A DNA stretch of 64,000 nt from the NCBI GenBank assembly GCA_002491565.1, contig DKWE01000060.1, forward strand, positions 15,688 to 79,687, given 5' to 3'. Made by a program: the position numbers and the translations under genes. The notes beneath the pieces were generated by a model that was given only the letters and a program-made list of their open reading frames with translations, ran no database searches and was not told where the DNA came from. Each line of letters starts with the position of its first letter. Positions within the stretch are counted from its first letter, which is position 1. This document shows positions 30,063 through 40,247 of the stretch, one piece after another. Origin of the DNA: Lachnospiraceae bacterium UBA7160 (GTDB taxonomy: Bacteria > Bacillota > Clostridia > Lachnospirales > Lachnospiraceae).

Positions 30063-31022
30063 GTGAAAATCGAGGGAATTGTAGCGGCAATGCAGACTCC
30101 AATGCATGAGGATGGAAGCATCCATGAGGAGGAGATGCGAAGACAGATCAACCGGCAGATTGACGCAGGGGTGGATGCTGTGTTCTGCCTTGGGACAAAT
30201 GGGGAATTTTATGCACTTGATGTGGAAGAAAAGCTTCGTGTGATGGAGATCTTTGTGGACGAGGTGCGCGGACGTGTGCCAGTCTATGCAGGAACCGGGT
30301 GCATTACCACAAAGGATACGATTGCACTTTCAAGGAAAGCAAAGGAGATCGGAGTGGATGTGCTCTCGGTCATTACGCCATACTTTGCAGCGCTTAGCCA
30401 GGATGAACTCTGTGATCATTACGCTGCGCTTGCGGAGGCTGTGGATCTGCCGATTGTGATGTATAATATTCCGGCGCGGACAGGCGTATCCATTGCGCCG
30501 GAGACCGCGGCACGGCTGGCATCGCGGTATCCGAATATCGCAGGAATCAAAGACTCCAGCGGGAATTTTAATCATATTCTTCAATACATCGATGCGACGG
30601 ATCCAGAAACCTTTTCTGTGCTGTCCGGAAATGATGCGCTGATTCTCTGGACTCTGCTGGCGGGCGGCAAGGGCGGAATTACCGCAATTGCAAACATCCT
30701 GCCAGCTGTGATGGTCAGCATTTACCAGAACTACCGGAAGGGGGATCTGGCTGCAGCGAAGAAGGCGCAGGCTTCTATCGCTCCGATCCGCGCGTGCTTC
30801 CGGTACGGCAATCCAAATTCGATCGTCAAGCGTGCGACGAACCTGATCGGACAGCCGGTTGGTCCGTGCCGTGCTCCGTTTGGGAAAATTCCCAGGGAGG
30901 CTGACCTGGCAATCATGGAGACTATTGACCGCTATTATGCTCAATATCGTGCTTCCCACCGCCCGGATGCCCCGCAGGGCAGTACGAGCCCGCTTTCACG
31001 GACTGGAAGCCCGATTTCCTGA
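30063..31022 (+). CDS. DHDPS/NAL-family pyruvate-dependent aldolase
   Basis: GTNGE, YNIP, GIKDSSG; GTG start; 3' end overlaps the convergent gene. Confidence 0.88.
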   Translation: MKIEGIVAAMQTPMHEDGSIHEEEMRRQINRQIDAGVDAVFCLGTNGEFYALDVEEKLRVMEIFVDEVRGRVPVYAGTGCITTKDTIALSRKAKEIGVDVLSVITPYFAALSQDELCDHYAALAEAVDLPIVMYNIPARTGVSIAPETAARLASRYPNIAGIKDSSGNFNHILQYIDATDPETFSVLSGNDALILWTLLAGGKGGITAIANILPAVMVSIYQNYRKGDLAAAKKAQASIAPIRACFRYGNPNSIVKRATNLIGQPVGPCRAPFGKIPREADLAIMETIDRYYAQYRASHRPDAPQGSTSPLSRTGSPIS

Positions 31023-31804
31023 GACTCTACGTGACCGCCCAGCTTCCGAAGCTCCGTAGAGATCAGGTACGTCAGCACGGCAGGCGCGAGCCCGGTCGTG
31101 TAGGAATTGACGAGGAAGAAGAGCGGCTGGTCACTGAGCAGCTGTGCCGCAAGGCGGATAAATGGATGAATGGAATCTTCGATTTTCCAGATTTCCCCCT
31201 TGGGGCCGCGGCCGTAGGATGGCGGATCCATGATAATCCCGTCATAATGATTGCCGCGCCGGATCTCCCGCTCTACGAATTTCGTGCAGTCGTCTACCAG
31301 CCAGCGGATCGGTGCATCCGAAAGGCCGGAAGCGGCTGCATTTTCTTTGGCCCAGCCGACCATGCCCTTTGAGGCATCGACGTGCGTCACTGCAGCCCCC
31401 GCTTTCGCCGCGGCCAGCGTCGCGCCGCCGGTGTAGGCAAATAGATTCAGCACCCGGATCGGGCGGCCGGCATTCCGGATCTTCTCGGAGAACCAGTCCC
31501 AGTTCGTCGCCTGTTCCGGGAACAGACCTGTATGCTTGAAGCTAAATGGCTTCAGATGAAAGGTAAGCTCCCGGTACTGGATGCTCCACTGCTGCGGGAG
31601 ATCAAAGAACTCCCATTCTCCGCCGCCCTTTGCGCTTCGGTGATAATGTCCGTTCGGATGGCGCCACCCTGCTTGTACACGCGGGGTATCCCAGATCACC
31701 TGCGGGTCCGGCCTCACCAACAAATAATTCCCCCAGCGCTCCAGCTTTTCTCCCTTTGAGGTATCTATCACTTCATAATCCTTCCATTGATCGGCAATCC
31801 ACAT
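30941..31804 (-). CDS. Class I SAM-dependent (rRNA) methyltransferase, RlmI/RlmK-like
   Basis: HTGLFPEQ, VLNLFAYTGG, MDPPSYG; start MWIADQW after AAGGAAGG. Confidence 0.88.
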   Translation of the reverse strand: MWIADQWKDYEVIDTSKGEKLERWGNYLLVRPDPQVIWDTPRVQAGWRHPNGHYHRSAKGGGEWEFFDLPQQWSIQYRELTFHLKPFSFKHTGLFPEQATNWDWFSEKIRNAGRPIRVLNLFAYTGGATLAAAKAGAAVTHVDASKGMVGWAKENAAASGLSDAPIRWLVDDCTKFVEREIRRGNHYDGIIMDPPSYGRGPKGEIWKIEDSIHPFIRLAAQLLSDQPLFFLVNSYTTGLAPAVLTYLISTELRKLGGHVESQEIGLPVRESGLVLPCGASGRWEARY

Positions 31805-31961
31805 AAGCTTGACCTGTTCCTTCCTTATATAATAGTCTCCTCTAGTATAAGCGATGTGGGCAGTGGAAGCAAGTAAAGCCAGAAAAATAATTACAAGTTC
31901 CAGTAAATCATGAATGCGTAAAAATATTGAGCACAATCCATTTATAATAAGAAAAATCCGA

Positions 31962-31990
31962 TTGCAATAAAGCATCATATGTGTTATAGT
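31962..31990 (+). promoter_or_regulatory. Promoter of the small toxin-like ORF
   Basis: TTGCAA-17-TATAGT with TG extension. Confidence 0.6.
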
Positions 31991-32061
31991 TCTCTATAGT
32001 CAGATTAGGACAAATAGGGATAGTCTGGTGGTGATCTTCCGGAAACGGAAAGGAGAAAACA

Positions 32062-32139
32062 ATGAATACGCTTGAAGTGTTGACATTGGTGCTCGTGATT
32101 TTTGCAGCGCTTTCTTACATAGATAACCACCGTCAGTAA
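32062..32139 (+). CDS. 25-aa hydrophobic type I toxin-like (holin-like toxin) peptide
   Basis: Not in ORF track; AAAGGAG RBS; MNTLEVLTLVLVIFAALSYIDNHRQ, one TM helix plus polar tail. Confidence 0.75.
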   Translation: MNTLEVLTLVLVIFAALSYIDNHRQ

Positions 32140-32141
32140 TG

Positions 32142-32176
32142 AAAATGGCTACTCCCTACGGCAATAGGGAGCAGCC
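32142..32176 (-). terminator. Terminator of the antisense RNA
   Basis: Minus strand GGCTGCTCCCTA-TTGCCG-TAGGGAGTAGCC-ATTTT. Confidence 0.7.
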
Positions 32177-32250
32177 AGTGTAGCTTGATAACATTTGCTA
32201 TTTAGCTTCCGGTGTAACCATCGGACACTCTGCAAAGCCCGTTGGTTCTA
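32142..32250 (-). ncRNA. Putative antisense antitoxin RNA (about 110 nt)
   Basis: Lies between a perfect minus-strand promoter and a minus-strand terminator, with no ORF. Confidence 0.65.
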
Positions 32251-32255
32251 CTCTG

Positions 32256-32284
32256 ATTATAGAGCGGTTTGACAGAAATGTCAA
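32256..32284 (-). promoter_or_regulatory. Perfect consensus sigma70 promoter of the antisense RNA
   Basis: Minus strand TTGACA-TTTCTGTCAAACCGCTC(17)-TATAAT. Confidence 0.8.
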
Positions 32285-32416
32285 ATACTTTACGCACAGG
32301 AGCTGTCGATTTGGCGGCTCCTTGCTGTGGATTCGCTGCCAGCACAGAAGTGAAAGCTGCTTGTACAAAATAGATTGTATTAAAAGAAGTACAATCTATT
32401 TTTTTGAAAAAACCCC

Positions 32417-32445
32417 TTGCTTTTGCTTTTTTTTTCCTATATAAT
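32417..32445 (+). promoter_or_regulatory. S10 operon promoter
   Basis: TTGCTT-17-TATAAT with AT-rich upstream element. Confidence 0.7.
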
Positions 32446-32451
32446 ACAAAA

Positions 32452-32553
32452 GCTGTGACATTGATAGCGTAGAAGCGTGAGGTTGCTGCACAGTTGATGC
32501 AGGTTTTCCGTGGAGCGAATGTCAAGTTATGAAAACTGGCGACAAGTCACTGT
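32452..32553 (+). ncRNA. Structured S10-operon leader (S10-Clostridia r-leader-like)
   Basis: GTGAC...GTCAC closing stem, TGACATT/AATGTCA and GGTTTTC/GAAAACT pairings directly after the promoter; family assignment from recollection. Confidence 0.55.
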
Positions 32554-32685
32554 ACAAGAAGAAGCAAGTCCATCCATGTATGGAAACACCGTGTGGGATA
32601 GCGCAGCCATTGCGATACACACGGGAGCGTGTACAGTCACCGCTTGTCGTACTGAAAAGAGTGCGAAAAGGAGGCGACTTTTTTT

Positions 32686-33003
32686 ATGGCAAGTCAGGTA
32701 ATGCGAATCACATTGAAGGCGTATGATCATCAGTTAGTAGACGCGTCTGCTAAGAAAATTATCGAGACTGTGAAAAAGAACGGATCACAGGTGAGCGGCC
32801 CGGTGCCACTTCCGACCAAGAAAGAGGTAGTCACGATCTTAAGAGCAGTACACAAGTACAAGGACTCCAGAGAGCAGTTCGAGCAGCGTACCCACAAGAG
32901 ACTGATTGATATTACGGCTCCGACGCAGAAGACAGTGGATGCACTGTCCAGACTGGAAATGCCGGCTGGTGTCTACATCGACATCAAGATGAAGCAGAAG
33001 TAA
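32686..33003 (+). CDS. rpsJ: 30S ribosomal protein S10
   Basis: [16 protein letters not shown]. Confidence 0.98.
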   Translation: MASQVMRITLKAYDHQLVDASAKKIIETVKKNGSQVSGPVPLPTKKEVVTILRAVHKYKDSREQFEQRTHKRLIDITAPTQKTVDALSRLEMPAGVYIDIKMKQK

Positions 33004-33139
33004 GCATCAAAAACTGCAAAGCAAATCCTATCAGGTTGATATAGAAGCAACATGAAAGCAGATGTTCCACTTATATCAGATCCTGTCAACTAGGATGATC
33101 GCCACGGCGATCCGCTGTAGAAAAACAGGAGGGAAAAGA

Positions 33140-33775
33140 ATGAAGAAAGCAATCTTAGCAACAAAGGTTGGAATGACTCAGATCTTCAACGAAGACGGAG
33201 TGCTCACTCCGGTAACTGTTCTTCAGGCTGGTCCGTGTGTTGTCACACAGGTAAAGACCGTAGCAAAAGATGGTTACAGTGCAGTACAGGTTGGTTTTGT
33301 CGACAAGCGCGAGAAGCTCGTAGCGAAGCCGCAGAAGGGCGCCTTTGACAAGGCAGGCGTTTCTTACAAGAGATATGTAAGAGAGCTGAAGCTCGACAAT
33401 GCAGAGAGCTATGAAGTGAAGCAGGAGATCAAGGCAGACATGTTCGCGGCAGGCGACAAGGTTGACGCGACCGCCATTTCCAAGGGCAAGGGCTTCCAGG
33501 GCGCAATCAAGCGGCACGGCCAGTCCAGAGGACCGATGGCACACGGTTCCAAGTACCATCGTCACGCAGGTTCCAACGGCGCATGCTCCGACCCGAGCAA
33601 GGTATTCAAGGGAAAGAGAATGGCAGGCCATATGGGCCACAAGCAGATTACCGTACAGAATCTTGAGGTAGTCCGCGTAGACGCAGAGAACAACCTTATT
33701 TTAGTAAAAGGCGCTGTTCCGGGACCGAAGAAAGCACTGGTAACTGTAAAGTCGACCGTGAAATCCGGGAAATAA
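33140..33775 (+). CDS. rplC: 50S ribosomal protein L3
   Basis: [14 protein letters not shown]; start MKKAIL after GGAGG. Confidence 0.97.
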   Translation: MKKAILATKVGMTQIFNEDGVLTPVTVLQAGPCVVTQVKTVAKDGYSAVQVGFVDKREKLVAKPQKGAFDKAGVSYKRYVRELKLDNAESYEVKQEIKADMFAAGDKVDATAISKGKGFQGAIKRHGQSRGPMAHGSKYHRHAGSNGACSDPSKVFKGKRMAGHMGHKQITVQNLEVVRVDAENNLILVKGAVPGPKKALVTVKSTVKSGK

Positions 33776-33805
33776 GCCTGAAACCAGGAAAGGAGGAAGA
33801 CACAC

Positions 33806-34426
33806 ATGGCATCTGTAAAAGTTTACAATATGGAAGGCAAAGAAGTTGACACGATGGAGCTGAACGATTCCGTGTTCGGCGTAGAGATCAACGAGCATCT
33901 CGTACATCTCGCAGTAGTCGCGCAGCTTGCAAATAAGCGCCAGGGTACACAGAAGGCAAAGACCCGTGCGGAAGTATCCGGCGGCGGCAAGAAGCCGTAC
34001 AGACAGAAGGGTACCGGCCACGCAAGACAGGGTTCGACGAGAGCTCCGCAGTGGACAGGCGGCGGTATCGTATTTGCTCCGACGCCGAGAGAGTATACGA
34101 TCAAGATCAATAAGAAGGAGAGAAGAGCGGCGCTTAGATCCGCACTGACCTCCAGAGTACAGGAGAACAAGCTGGTGGTTCTGGACGAGCTGAAGCTTGG
34201 CGAGATCAAGACAAAGCGCATGCAGGAAGTTCTGGACGCACTGAACGTCAAGAAAGCGCTGCTTGTAATTGCAGATCCAGATGAGAATGTACAGCTTTCC
34301 GCGCGCAACATCGCAAATGTGCGTACGGTTCTGACAAGCGGCATCAGCACATTTGACATTTTGAAATATGACACCATGGTAGTCACGAAGGCTGCTGTGG
34401 AGAAGATCGAGGAGGTGTATGCATAA
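33806..34426 (+). CDS. rplD: 50S ribosomal protein L4
   Basis: [28 protein letters not shown]. Confidence 0.98.
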   Translation: MASVKVYNMEGKEVDTMELNDSVFGVEINEHLVHLAVVAQLANKRQGTQKAKTRAEVSGGGKKPYRQKGTGHARQGSTRAPQWTGGGIVFAPTPREYTIKINKKERRAALRSALTSRVQENKLVVLDELKLGEIKTKRMQEVLDALNVKKALLVIADPDENVQLSARNIANVRTVLTSGISTFDILKYDTMVVTKAAVEKIEEVYA

Positions 34427-34725
34427 TGGCAGATATCAGATATTATGACGTCATTCTCAAACCGGTTATCACCGAGAAGAGCATGAACGCAATGGCTGAC
34501 AGAAAGTACACATTCCTGGTACACCCGGATGCAACAAAGTCGCAGATTAAGGATGCGGTTGAGAAAATGTTCGCAGGCACAAAGGTTCAGACAGTCAACA
34601 CGATGAATCTGGGCGGCAAGAATAAGCGCCGCGGCATGGTATACGGGAAGACGGCGAAGACAAAGAAGGCAATTGTCACGCTGACAGCGGACAGCAAGGA
34701 CATCGAGATCTTCGAGGGACTTTAA
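34426..34725 (+). CDS. rplW: 50S ribosomal protein L23
   Basis: PVITEKS, KKAIVTL. Confidence 0.97.
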   Translation: MADIRYYDVILKPVITEKSMNAMADRKYTFLVHPDATKSQIKDAVEKMFAGTKVQTVNTMNLGGKNKRRGMVYGKTAKTKKAIVTLTADSKDIEIFEGL

Positions 34726-34830
34726 TCGTTCGCAATTTATCTGCTGAGAAGCAGGATAACCAATATCGCATGATGCCGCACAGAGCAGGGAATGCAGCTG
34801 TGAGGCTTCATGGCATGAAAGGAGACCATC

Positions 34831-35673
34831 ATGGGAGTCAAGACATATAACCCATATACACCTTCCAGAAGACACATGACGACACTGGACAATTCCGAGA
34901 TCACAAAGAAGTCTCCGGAGAAGTCCCTTCTGGTATCCAAGAAGAAGAATGCGGGCCGCAACAATCAGGGTAAAATTACCGTAAGACATCAGGGCGGCGG
35001 AAACAGACAGAAATACAGACTGGTAGATTTCAAGAGAAATAAAGATGGCATCCCGGCAACGGTCATCGGCATCGAGTATGATCCGAACAGAACAGCAAAT
35101 ATCGCACTGATCTGCTATGCAGACGGCGAGAAGTCCTACATCCTTGCTCCGCAGGGCCTGACCGACGGCATGAAGGTTATGAATGGACCGGAGGCTGAGG
35201 TACGTGTAGGCAACTGCCTGCCGCTTTCCGAGATCCCGATTGGTACTATGGTACACAATATTGAGCTCTATGCAGGCCACGGCGGACAGCTCGTCCGTTC
35301 CGCTGGAAATGCAGCACAGCTCATGGCAAAGGAAGGAAAGTACGCAACGTTAAGACTTCCGTCCGGCGAGATGAGAATGGTTCCGCTGAACTGCCGCGCA
35401 ACGGTCGGCATCGTGGGAAATGCGGAGCACAACCTGGTAAATATCGGTAAGGCAGGAAGAAAGCGCCATATGGGCATCCGTCCGACTGTTCGCGGTTCGG
35501 TTATGAACCCGAATGACCATCCGCATGGCGGCGGCGAAGGCAAGGCTGGTATCGGCCGTCCGGGTCCGTGCACACCGTGGGGCAAGCCGGCTCTCGGCCT
35601 GAAGACCAGAAAGAGCAAGAAGGCTTCTGACAAGCTGATTGTGAGAAGAAGAAACGGCAAAGCGATCAACTAG
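34831..35673 (+). CDS. rplB: 50S ribosomal protein L2
   Basis: [22 protein letters not shown]. Confidence 0.98.
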   Translation: MGVKTYNPYTPSRRHMTTLDNSEITKKSPEKSLLVSKKKNAGRNNQGKITVRHQGGGNRQKYRLVDFKRNKDGIPATVIGIEYDPNRTANIALICYADGEKSYILAPQGLTDGMKVMNGPEAEVRVGNCLPLSEIPIGTMVHNIELYAGHGGQLVRSAGNAAQLMAKEGKYATLRLPSGEMRMVPLNCRATVGIVGNAEHNLVNIGKAGRKRHMGIRPTVRGSVMNPNDHPHGGGEGKAGIGRPGPCTPWGKPALGLKTRKSKKASDKLIVRRRNGKAIN

Positions 35674-35701
35674 GATTGGAGAAGGATAAGGAGGTAACCA
35701 A

Positions 35702-35983
35702 ATGGCTCGTTCACTGAAAAAAGGCCCATTTGCTGATGAGAGCTTACTGAAGAAGGTAGACGCGATGAATGCGTCTGGAAGCAAGCAGGTGATCAAGACC
35801 TGGTCCCGCCGCTCCACGATCTTCCCGCAGTTTGTAGGACATACGATCGCGGTTCACGACGGAAGAAAGCATGTTCCGGTATACATCACAGAGGATATGG
35901 TAGGCCACAAGCTCGGAGAGTTCGTTGTGACCAGAACGTACCGTGGACATGGCAAAGACGAGAAGAAGTCCGGTGTTCGGTAG
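35702..35983 (+). CDS. rpsS: 30S ribosomal protein S19
   Basis: [15 protein letters not shown]. Confidence 0.98.
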   Translation: MARSLKKGPFADESLLKKVDAMNASGSKQVIKTWSRRSTIFPQFVGHTIAVHDGRKHVPVYITEDMVGHKLGEFVVTRTYRGHGKDEKKSGVR

Positions 35984-36121
35984 GACACGGCATACGGTTA
36001 TAAAGCTTTACGGAGCGGGGCATGCGCGCCGCTTCGGGGGCTGACTCCGGCGCAGAAGGCCGGGGCCCTATGAGAAGGAAAGTCCCGCAAGGGCATAGAT
36101 TTCGAAAGGAGGCTACATCCA

Positions 36122-36508
36122 ATGGCTAAAGGACATAGATCCCAGATCAAGAGAGAGAGAAATGCTCAGAAGGATACGAGACCGTCAGCAAAGCTGTCGT
36201 ACGCTCGCGTATCTGTTCAGAAAGCATGTTTTGTATTGGATGCCATCAGAGGAAAAGATGTTCAGACTGCACTCGGTATCGTAACATACAATCCGAGATA
36301 TGCGTCTGAGGTGATTGCGAAGCTGCTGAAGTCCGCGATTGCAAACGCAGAGAATAATAACGGTATGAGCGCAGAGAATCTTTATGTAGAGGAGTGCTAC
36401 GCGAACAAAGGACCGACGATGAAGAGAATCAGACCGAGAGCACAGGGCAGGGCTTATCGCATTGAGAAGAGAATGAGCCACATTACGATCGTGCTGAATG
36501 AGAAATAA
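36122..36508 (+). CDS. rplV: 50S ribosomal protein L22
   Basis: [17 protein letters not shown]. Confidence 0.97.
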   Translation: MAKGHRSQIKRERNAQKDTRPSAKLSYARVSVQKACFVLDAIRGKDVQTALGIVTYNPRYASEVIAKLLKSAIANAENNNGMSAENLYVEECYANKGPTMKRIRPRAQGRAYRIEKRMSHITIVLNEK

Positions 36509-36519
36509 GGAGGGCAATC

Positions 36520-37170
36520 ATGGGACAGAAGGTTAATCCGCATGGCCTTAGAGTCGGCGTTATTAAGGACTGGGATTCAAAGTGGTACGCAGAAAAGGAT
36601 TTTGCTGACTGCCTGATCGAGGATCACGAGATCAGAAAATTCCTGAAAAAGAAATTATACAGCGCAGGTGTTTCCAAGATTGAAATCGAGCGTGCGGCTG
36701 ACCGCGTGAAGATTACGATTCACACCGCAAAGCCGGGCGTTGTTATCGGCAAGGGCGGAGCAGAGATCGAGAAGCTCAAGGCTGAGCTGCAGAAGCGCAT
36801 TTCCAAGAAGCTGATCGTTGATATCAAGGAAATCAAGCGTCCGGATAAGGATGCGCAGCTGGTAGCAGAAAATATCGCAGCACAGCTGGAGAACCGTGTG
36901 TCCTACCGCCGTGCAATGAAGTCCACGATGAGCAGAACGATGAAGAGCGGCGCGCTCGGCATCAAGGCAGCTGTTGCAGGACGTCTGGGTGGTGCAGATA
37001 TTGCACGTTCCGAGTTTTACAGCGAGGGTACTATCCCGCTTCAGACATTAAGAGCAGATATTGACTATGGTTTTGCTGAGGCAGATACCACCTACGGCAA
37101 GCTTGGCGTAAAGGTGTGGATCTACAAGGGCGAAATCCTTCCATCTAAAAAAGAAGGGAGCGATAAATAA
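36520..37170 (+). CDS. rpsC: 30S ribosomal protein S3
   Basis: [22 protein letters not shown]. Confidence 0.98.
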   Translation: MGQKVNPHGLRVGVIKDWDSKWYAEKDFADCLIEDHEIRKFLKKKLYSAGVSKIEIERAADRVKITIHTAKPGVVIGKGGAEIEKLKAELQKRISKKLIVDIKEIKRPDKDAQLVAENIAAQLENRVSYRRAMKSTMSRTMKSGALGIKAAVAGRLGGADIARSEFYSEGTIPLQTLRADIDYGFAEADTTYGKLGVKVWIYKGEILPSKKEGSDK

Positions 37171-37610
37171 TGTTAATGCCGAAAAGAGTAAAGCGTCGTA
37201 AGCAGTTCCGCGGTTCCATGGCAGGAAAGGCGCTGAGAGGAAATACACTTGCATATGGTGAATACGGTCTTGTGGCTACTGAGCCGTGCTGGATCAAGTC
37301 TAACCAGATTGAGGCAGCCCGTATAGCCCTGACACGTTACATCAAGCGTGGCGGTAAAGTTTGGATCAAGATTTTCCCGGATAAGCCGATCACGGCAAAG
37401 CCGGCTGAGACCCGTATGGGTTCTGGTAAGGGTACCGTAGAGTACTGGGTAGCGGTCGTAAAGCCGGGCCGTGTCCTGTTTGAGCTGGCCGGAGTACCGG
37501 AGGATGTTGCGAAGGAAGCATTGCGTCTTGCTATGCACAAGTTACCCTGCAAGTGTAAAATCGTTTCTCGTGCAGACTTAGAAGGCGGTGATAACAATGA
37601 CAAGAATTGA
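37170..37610 (+). CDS. rplP: 50S ribosomal protein L16
   Basis: [15 protein letters not shown]. Confidence 0.98.
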   Translation: MLMPKRVKRRKQFRGSMAGKALRGNTLAYGEYGLVATEPCWIKSNQIEAARIALTRYIKRGGKVWIKIFPDKPITAKPAETRMGSGKGTVEYWVAVVKPGRVLFELAGVPEDVAKEALRLAMHKLPCKCKIVSRADLEGGDNNDKN

Positions 37611-37803
37611 GAAGTATGTAAAGGATTTAAAGACAAAGTCGGTTGCAGAATTAAATGATGAATTAGTAGCAGCTAAGAAGGAACTTTTCAATCTGAGATT
37701 CCAGAACGCGACCAACCAGCTCGATAACACCAGCCGGATTAAAGAGGTTCGCAAGAACATCGCCAGAATTCAGACCGTTATCAATGAGAAGGCAAACGCG
37801 TAA
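37597..37803 (+). CDS. rpmC: 50S ribosomal protein L29
   Basis: [17 protein letters not shown]; exact start uncertain. Confidence 0.95.
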   Translation: MTRIEKYVKDLKTKSVAELNDELVAAKKELFNLRFQNATNQLDNTSRIKEVRKNIARIQTVINEKANA

Positions 37804-37842
37804 GCCACTGCGGCAGACGGATGAATAGAAAGGAGAATTTCC

Positions 37843-38097
37843 GTGGAGAGAAATCTTAGAAAGACCCGTACGGGTAAGGTTGTCAGCAATAAAATGGACA
37901 AAACAATCGTTGTTGCAGTGGAAGACCATGTAAGACATCCGCTTTATAACAAGATCGTAAAGAGAACTTACAAGCTGAAGGCACATGATGAGAACAACGA
38001 GTGCAATATCGGAGATACCGTAAAGGTTATGGAAACCAGACCGCTGTCCAAGGACAAGAGATGGAGACTGGTCGAGATCGTTGAGAAAGTTAAATAA
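37843..38097 (+). CDS. rpsQ: 30S ribosomal protein S17
   Basis: [20 protein letters not shown]. Confidence 0.98.
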   Translation: MERNLRKTRTGKVVSNKMDKTIVVAVEDHVRHPLYNKIVKRTYKLKAHDENNECNIGDTVKVMETRPLSKDKRWRLVEIVEKVK

Positions 38098-38114
38098 TTA
38101 GGAGGTATATCGGC

Positions 38115-38483
38115 ATGGTACAGCAGGAAACCAGACTGAAAGTTGCTGATAACACTGGTGCAAAAGAACTTCTCTGCATTCGCGTTATGGGCGGTTCCAC
38201 CAGAAGATATGCGGGCATTGGCGATATTATCGTTGCTTCGGTTAAAGATGCAACGCCCGGTGGTGTTGTAAAGAAGGGCGATGTTGTAAAGGCTGTTGTT
38301 GTTCGTACAGTGAAGGGCGTTCGCCGGAAAGACGGTTCCTATATCCGCTTCGATGAGAACGCTGCAGTGATCATCAAGGACGACCTGAACCCGAGAGGAA
38401 CTCGTATTTTTGGGCCGGTAGCCAGAGAGCTTCGTGATAAGAAGTTTATGAAGATCGTATCCCTGGCTCCGGAAGTATTATAA
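38115..38483 (+). CDS. rplN: 50S ribosomal protein L14
   Basis: [15 protein letters not shown]. Confidence 0.98.
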   Translation: MVQQETRLKVADNTGAKELLCIRVMGGSTRRYAGIGDIIVASVKDATPGGVVKKGDVVKAVVVRTVKGVRRKDGSYIRFDENAAVIIKDDLNPRGTRIFGPVARELRDKKFMKIVSLAPEVL

Positions 38484-38496
38484 GGAGGGCCTGGAA

Positions 38497-38796
38497 ATGA
38501 ATAAGATCAAGACTGGCGATACGGTAAAGGTGATCGCAGGTAAGGATAAAGGCAAAGATGGAAAGGTGCTCGCGGTAAAGGACGGCAAGGTTCTTGTAGA
38601 GGGCATCGGCATGGTAACGAAGCATACGAAGCCGTCAGCTGCAAATCAGCAGGGCGGTATTGTGACAAAGGAATCCTACATTGACGTATCGAATGTAATG
38701 CTTCTCTATAAGGGCAAGACTACGAGAGTCGGATTCAAGCTGGACGGAGATAAGAAAGTCCGTGTGGCGAAGGCTACCGGCGAAGTAATTGACTGA
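38497..38796 (+). CDS. rplX: 50S ribosomal protein L24
   Basis: [14 protein letters not shown]. Confidence 0.97.
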   Translation: MNKIKTGDTVKVIAGKDKGKDGKVLAVKDGKVLVEGIGMVTKHTKPSAANQQGGIVTKESYIDVSNVMLLYKGKTTRVGFKLDGDKKVRVAKATGEVID

Positions 38797-38817
38797 TAGA
38801 GAGAGGAGGTTGCACAG

Positions 38818-39357
38818 GTGAGCAGACTTAAAGAAGTTTATCAGAACGAGATCGTAGATGCTATGATCAAGAAATTTGGATATAAGAACATCATGGAAGT
38901 TCCGAAGCTTGACAAGGTCGTCATCAATATGGGTGTCGGCGAGGCAAAAGAAAATGCAAAGCTTCTGGAATCTGCCGTGAAGGACATGGAGACCATCACT
39001 GGTCAGAAGGCAGTCCTGACGAAAGCAAAGAATTCAGTGGCGAACTTCAAGATCAGAGAGGGTATGGCAATCGGCTGCAAGACAACCCTGCGCGGTGAGA
39101 AGATGTATGACTTCGTAGATCGTCTTATCAACCTTGCACTGCCGCGTGTCCGTGACTTCAGAGGTGTCAATCCGAATGCATTCGATGGCAGAGGAAACTA
39201 TGCGCTCGGCATCAAGGAACAGCTGATCTTCCCGGAAATCGAGTACGATAAGGTAGACAAGGTGAGAGGTATGGACGTCATCTTCGTTACGACCGCAAAG
39301 ACGGACGAGGAAGCACGTGAGTTACTGAGACTGTTCAATATGCCGTTCCAGAAGTAA
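38818..39357 (+). CDS. rplE: 50S ribosomal protein L5
   Basis: [15 protein letters not shown]. Confidence 0.98.
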   Translation: MSRLKEVYQNEIVDAMIKKFGYKNIMEVPKLDKVVINMGVGEAKENAKLLESAVKDMETITGQKAVLTKAKNSVANFKIREGMAIGCKTTLRGEKMYDFVDRLINLALPRVRDFRGVNPNAFDGRGNYALGIKEQLIFPEIEYDKVDKVRGMDVIFVTTAKTDEEARELLRLFNMPFQK

Positions 39358-39386
39358 TCGGCATTGTATGATAGGAGGAAAATTTC

Positions 39387-39572
39387 ATGGCTAAAACGTC
39401 AATGAAGATCAAGCAGCAGCGCAAACCGAAGTTCTCCACAAGAGCATATACTCGCTGCAGAATCTGCGGACGTCCGCATTCAGTCCTGAAAAAGTACGGC
39501 ATCTGCCGTGTCTGCTTCCGTGAGCTGGCTTACAAGGGCCAGATTCCGGGCGTGAAGAAGGCAAGCTGGTAA
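39387..39572 (+). CDS. rpsZ: 30S ribosomal protein S14, zinc-binding type Z
   Basis: CRICGR...CRVCFRE; 61 aa. Confidence 0.96.
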   Translation: MAKTSMKIKQQRKPKFSTRAYTRCRICGRPHSVLKKYGICRVCFRELAYKGQIPGVKKASW

Positions 39573-39589
39573 GAGAGACGTGCGAGCGA

Positions 39590-39710
39590 ACAGCAGGCTC
39601 GGAAATGCTTCCCATTTCCTCGCTGTGGGCGTCTCGCCCACCGTCAAAACGCAAACCCAGTCCGCAGCAGGCAAGCCTGCCACGGCCTGCCTTTCCGTTT
39701 TGCTGCTGTT
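39590..39710. repeat. Nested-hairpin REP/MITE-like insert between rpsZ and rpsH
   Basis: GGAAATG/CATTTCC, GTGGGCG/CGCCCAC, GCAGGC/GCCTGC stems within ACAGCAG...CTGCTGT. Confidence 0.55.
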
Positions 39711-39769
39711 TTCAACGGGAAGACATGTAAAGTCTGACAGGGACTAAATGATAGAAGGAGGAAACTTAC

Positions 39770-40171
39770 ATGACAATGAGTGATCCGATCGCGGATATGC
39801 TGACAAGAATCCGTAATGCAAATACGGCAAAACATGATACCGTCGACGTACCGGCATCGAAAATGAAGATTGCAATTGCAAACATCCTTTTGGATGAGGG
39901 CTACATTAAGAAGTATGATCTGGTAGAGGATGGCCCGATCAAGACAATCCACATCACATTAAAATATGGCGCAGACAAGAACGAAAAGATTATCACCGGC
40001 CTGAAGAGAATCTCTAAGCCGGGCCTTCGTGTGTACGCAGGCAAAGACAATCTCCCGAAGGTGCTTGGCGGACTCGGCGTAGCAATCCTGTCCACGAACC
40101 AGGGCGTTATTACAGATAAAGAGGCTAGAAAGCTCCAGGTAGGTGGCGAGGTACTCGCATTCGTCTGGTAA
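39770..40171 (+). CDS. rpsH: 30S ribosomal protein S8
   Basis: [21 protein letters not shown]. Confidence 0.98.
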   Translation: MTMSDPIADMLTRIRNANTAKHDTVDVPASKMKIAIANILLDEGYIKKYDLVEDGPIKTIHITLKYGADKNEKIITGLKRISKPGLRVYAGKDNLPKVLGGLGVAILSTNQGVITDKEARKLQVGGEVLAFVW

Positions 40172-40247
40172 GGAGCTTTGGCACATACTGAAAACAGAGA
40201 GAGCGCACAGACTCTCTCCGAAAATCTAAGTAAGGAGGAGACAGGAC

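Noticed and set aside
25160-31022. Canonical sialic acid (nan) operon, or lysine/vitamin B6 biosynthesis (dapA, pdxA)
   Set aside because: No nanK/nanE/nagA, dapB or pdxJ nearby; linkage to a DUF1537 kinase and a sugar ABC transporter points to acid-sugar catabolism
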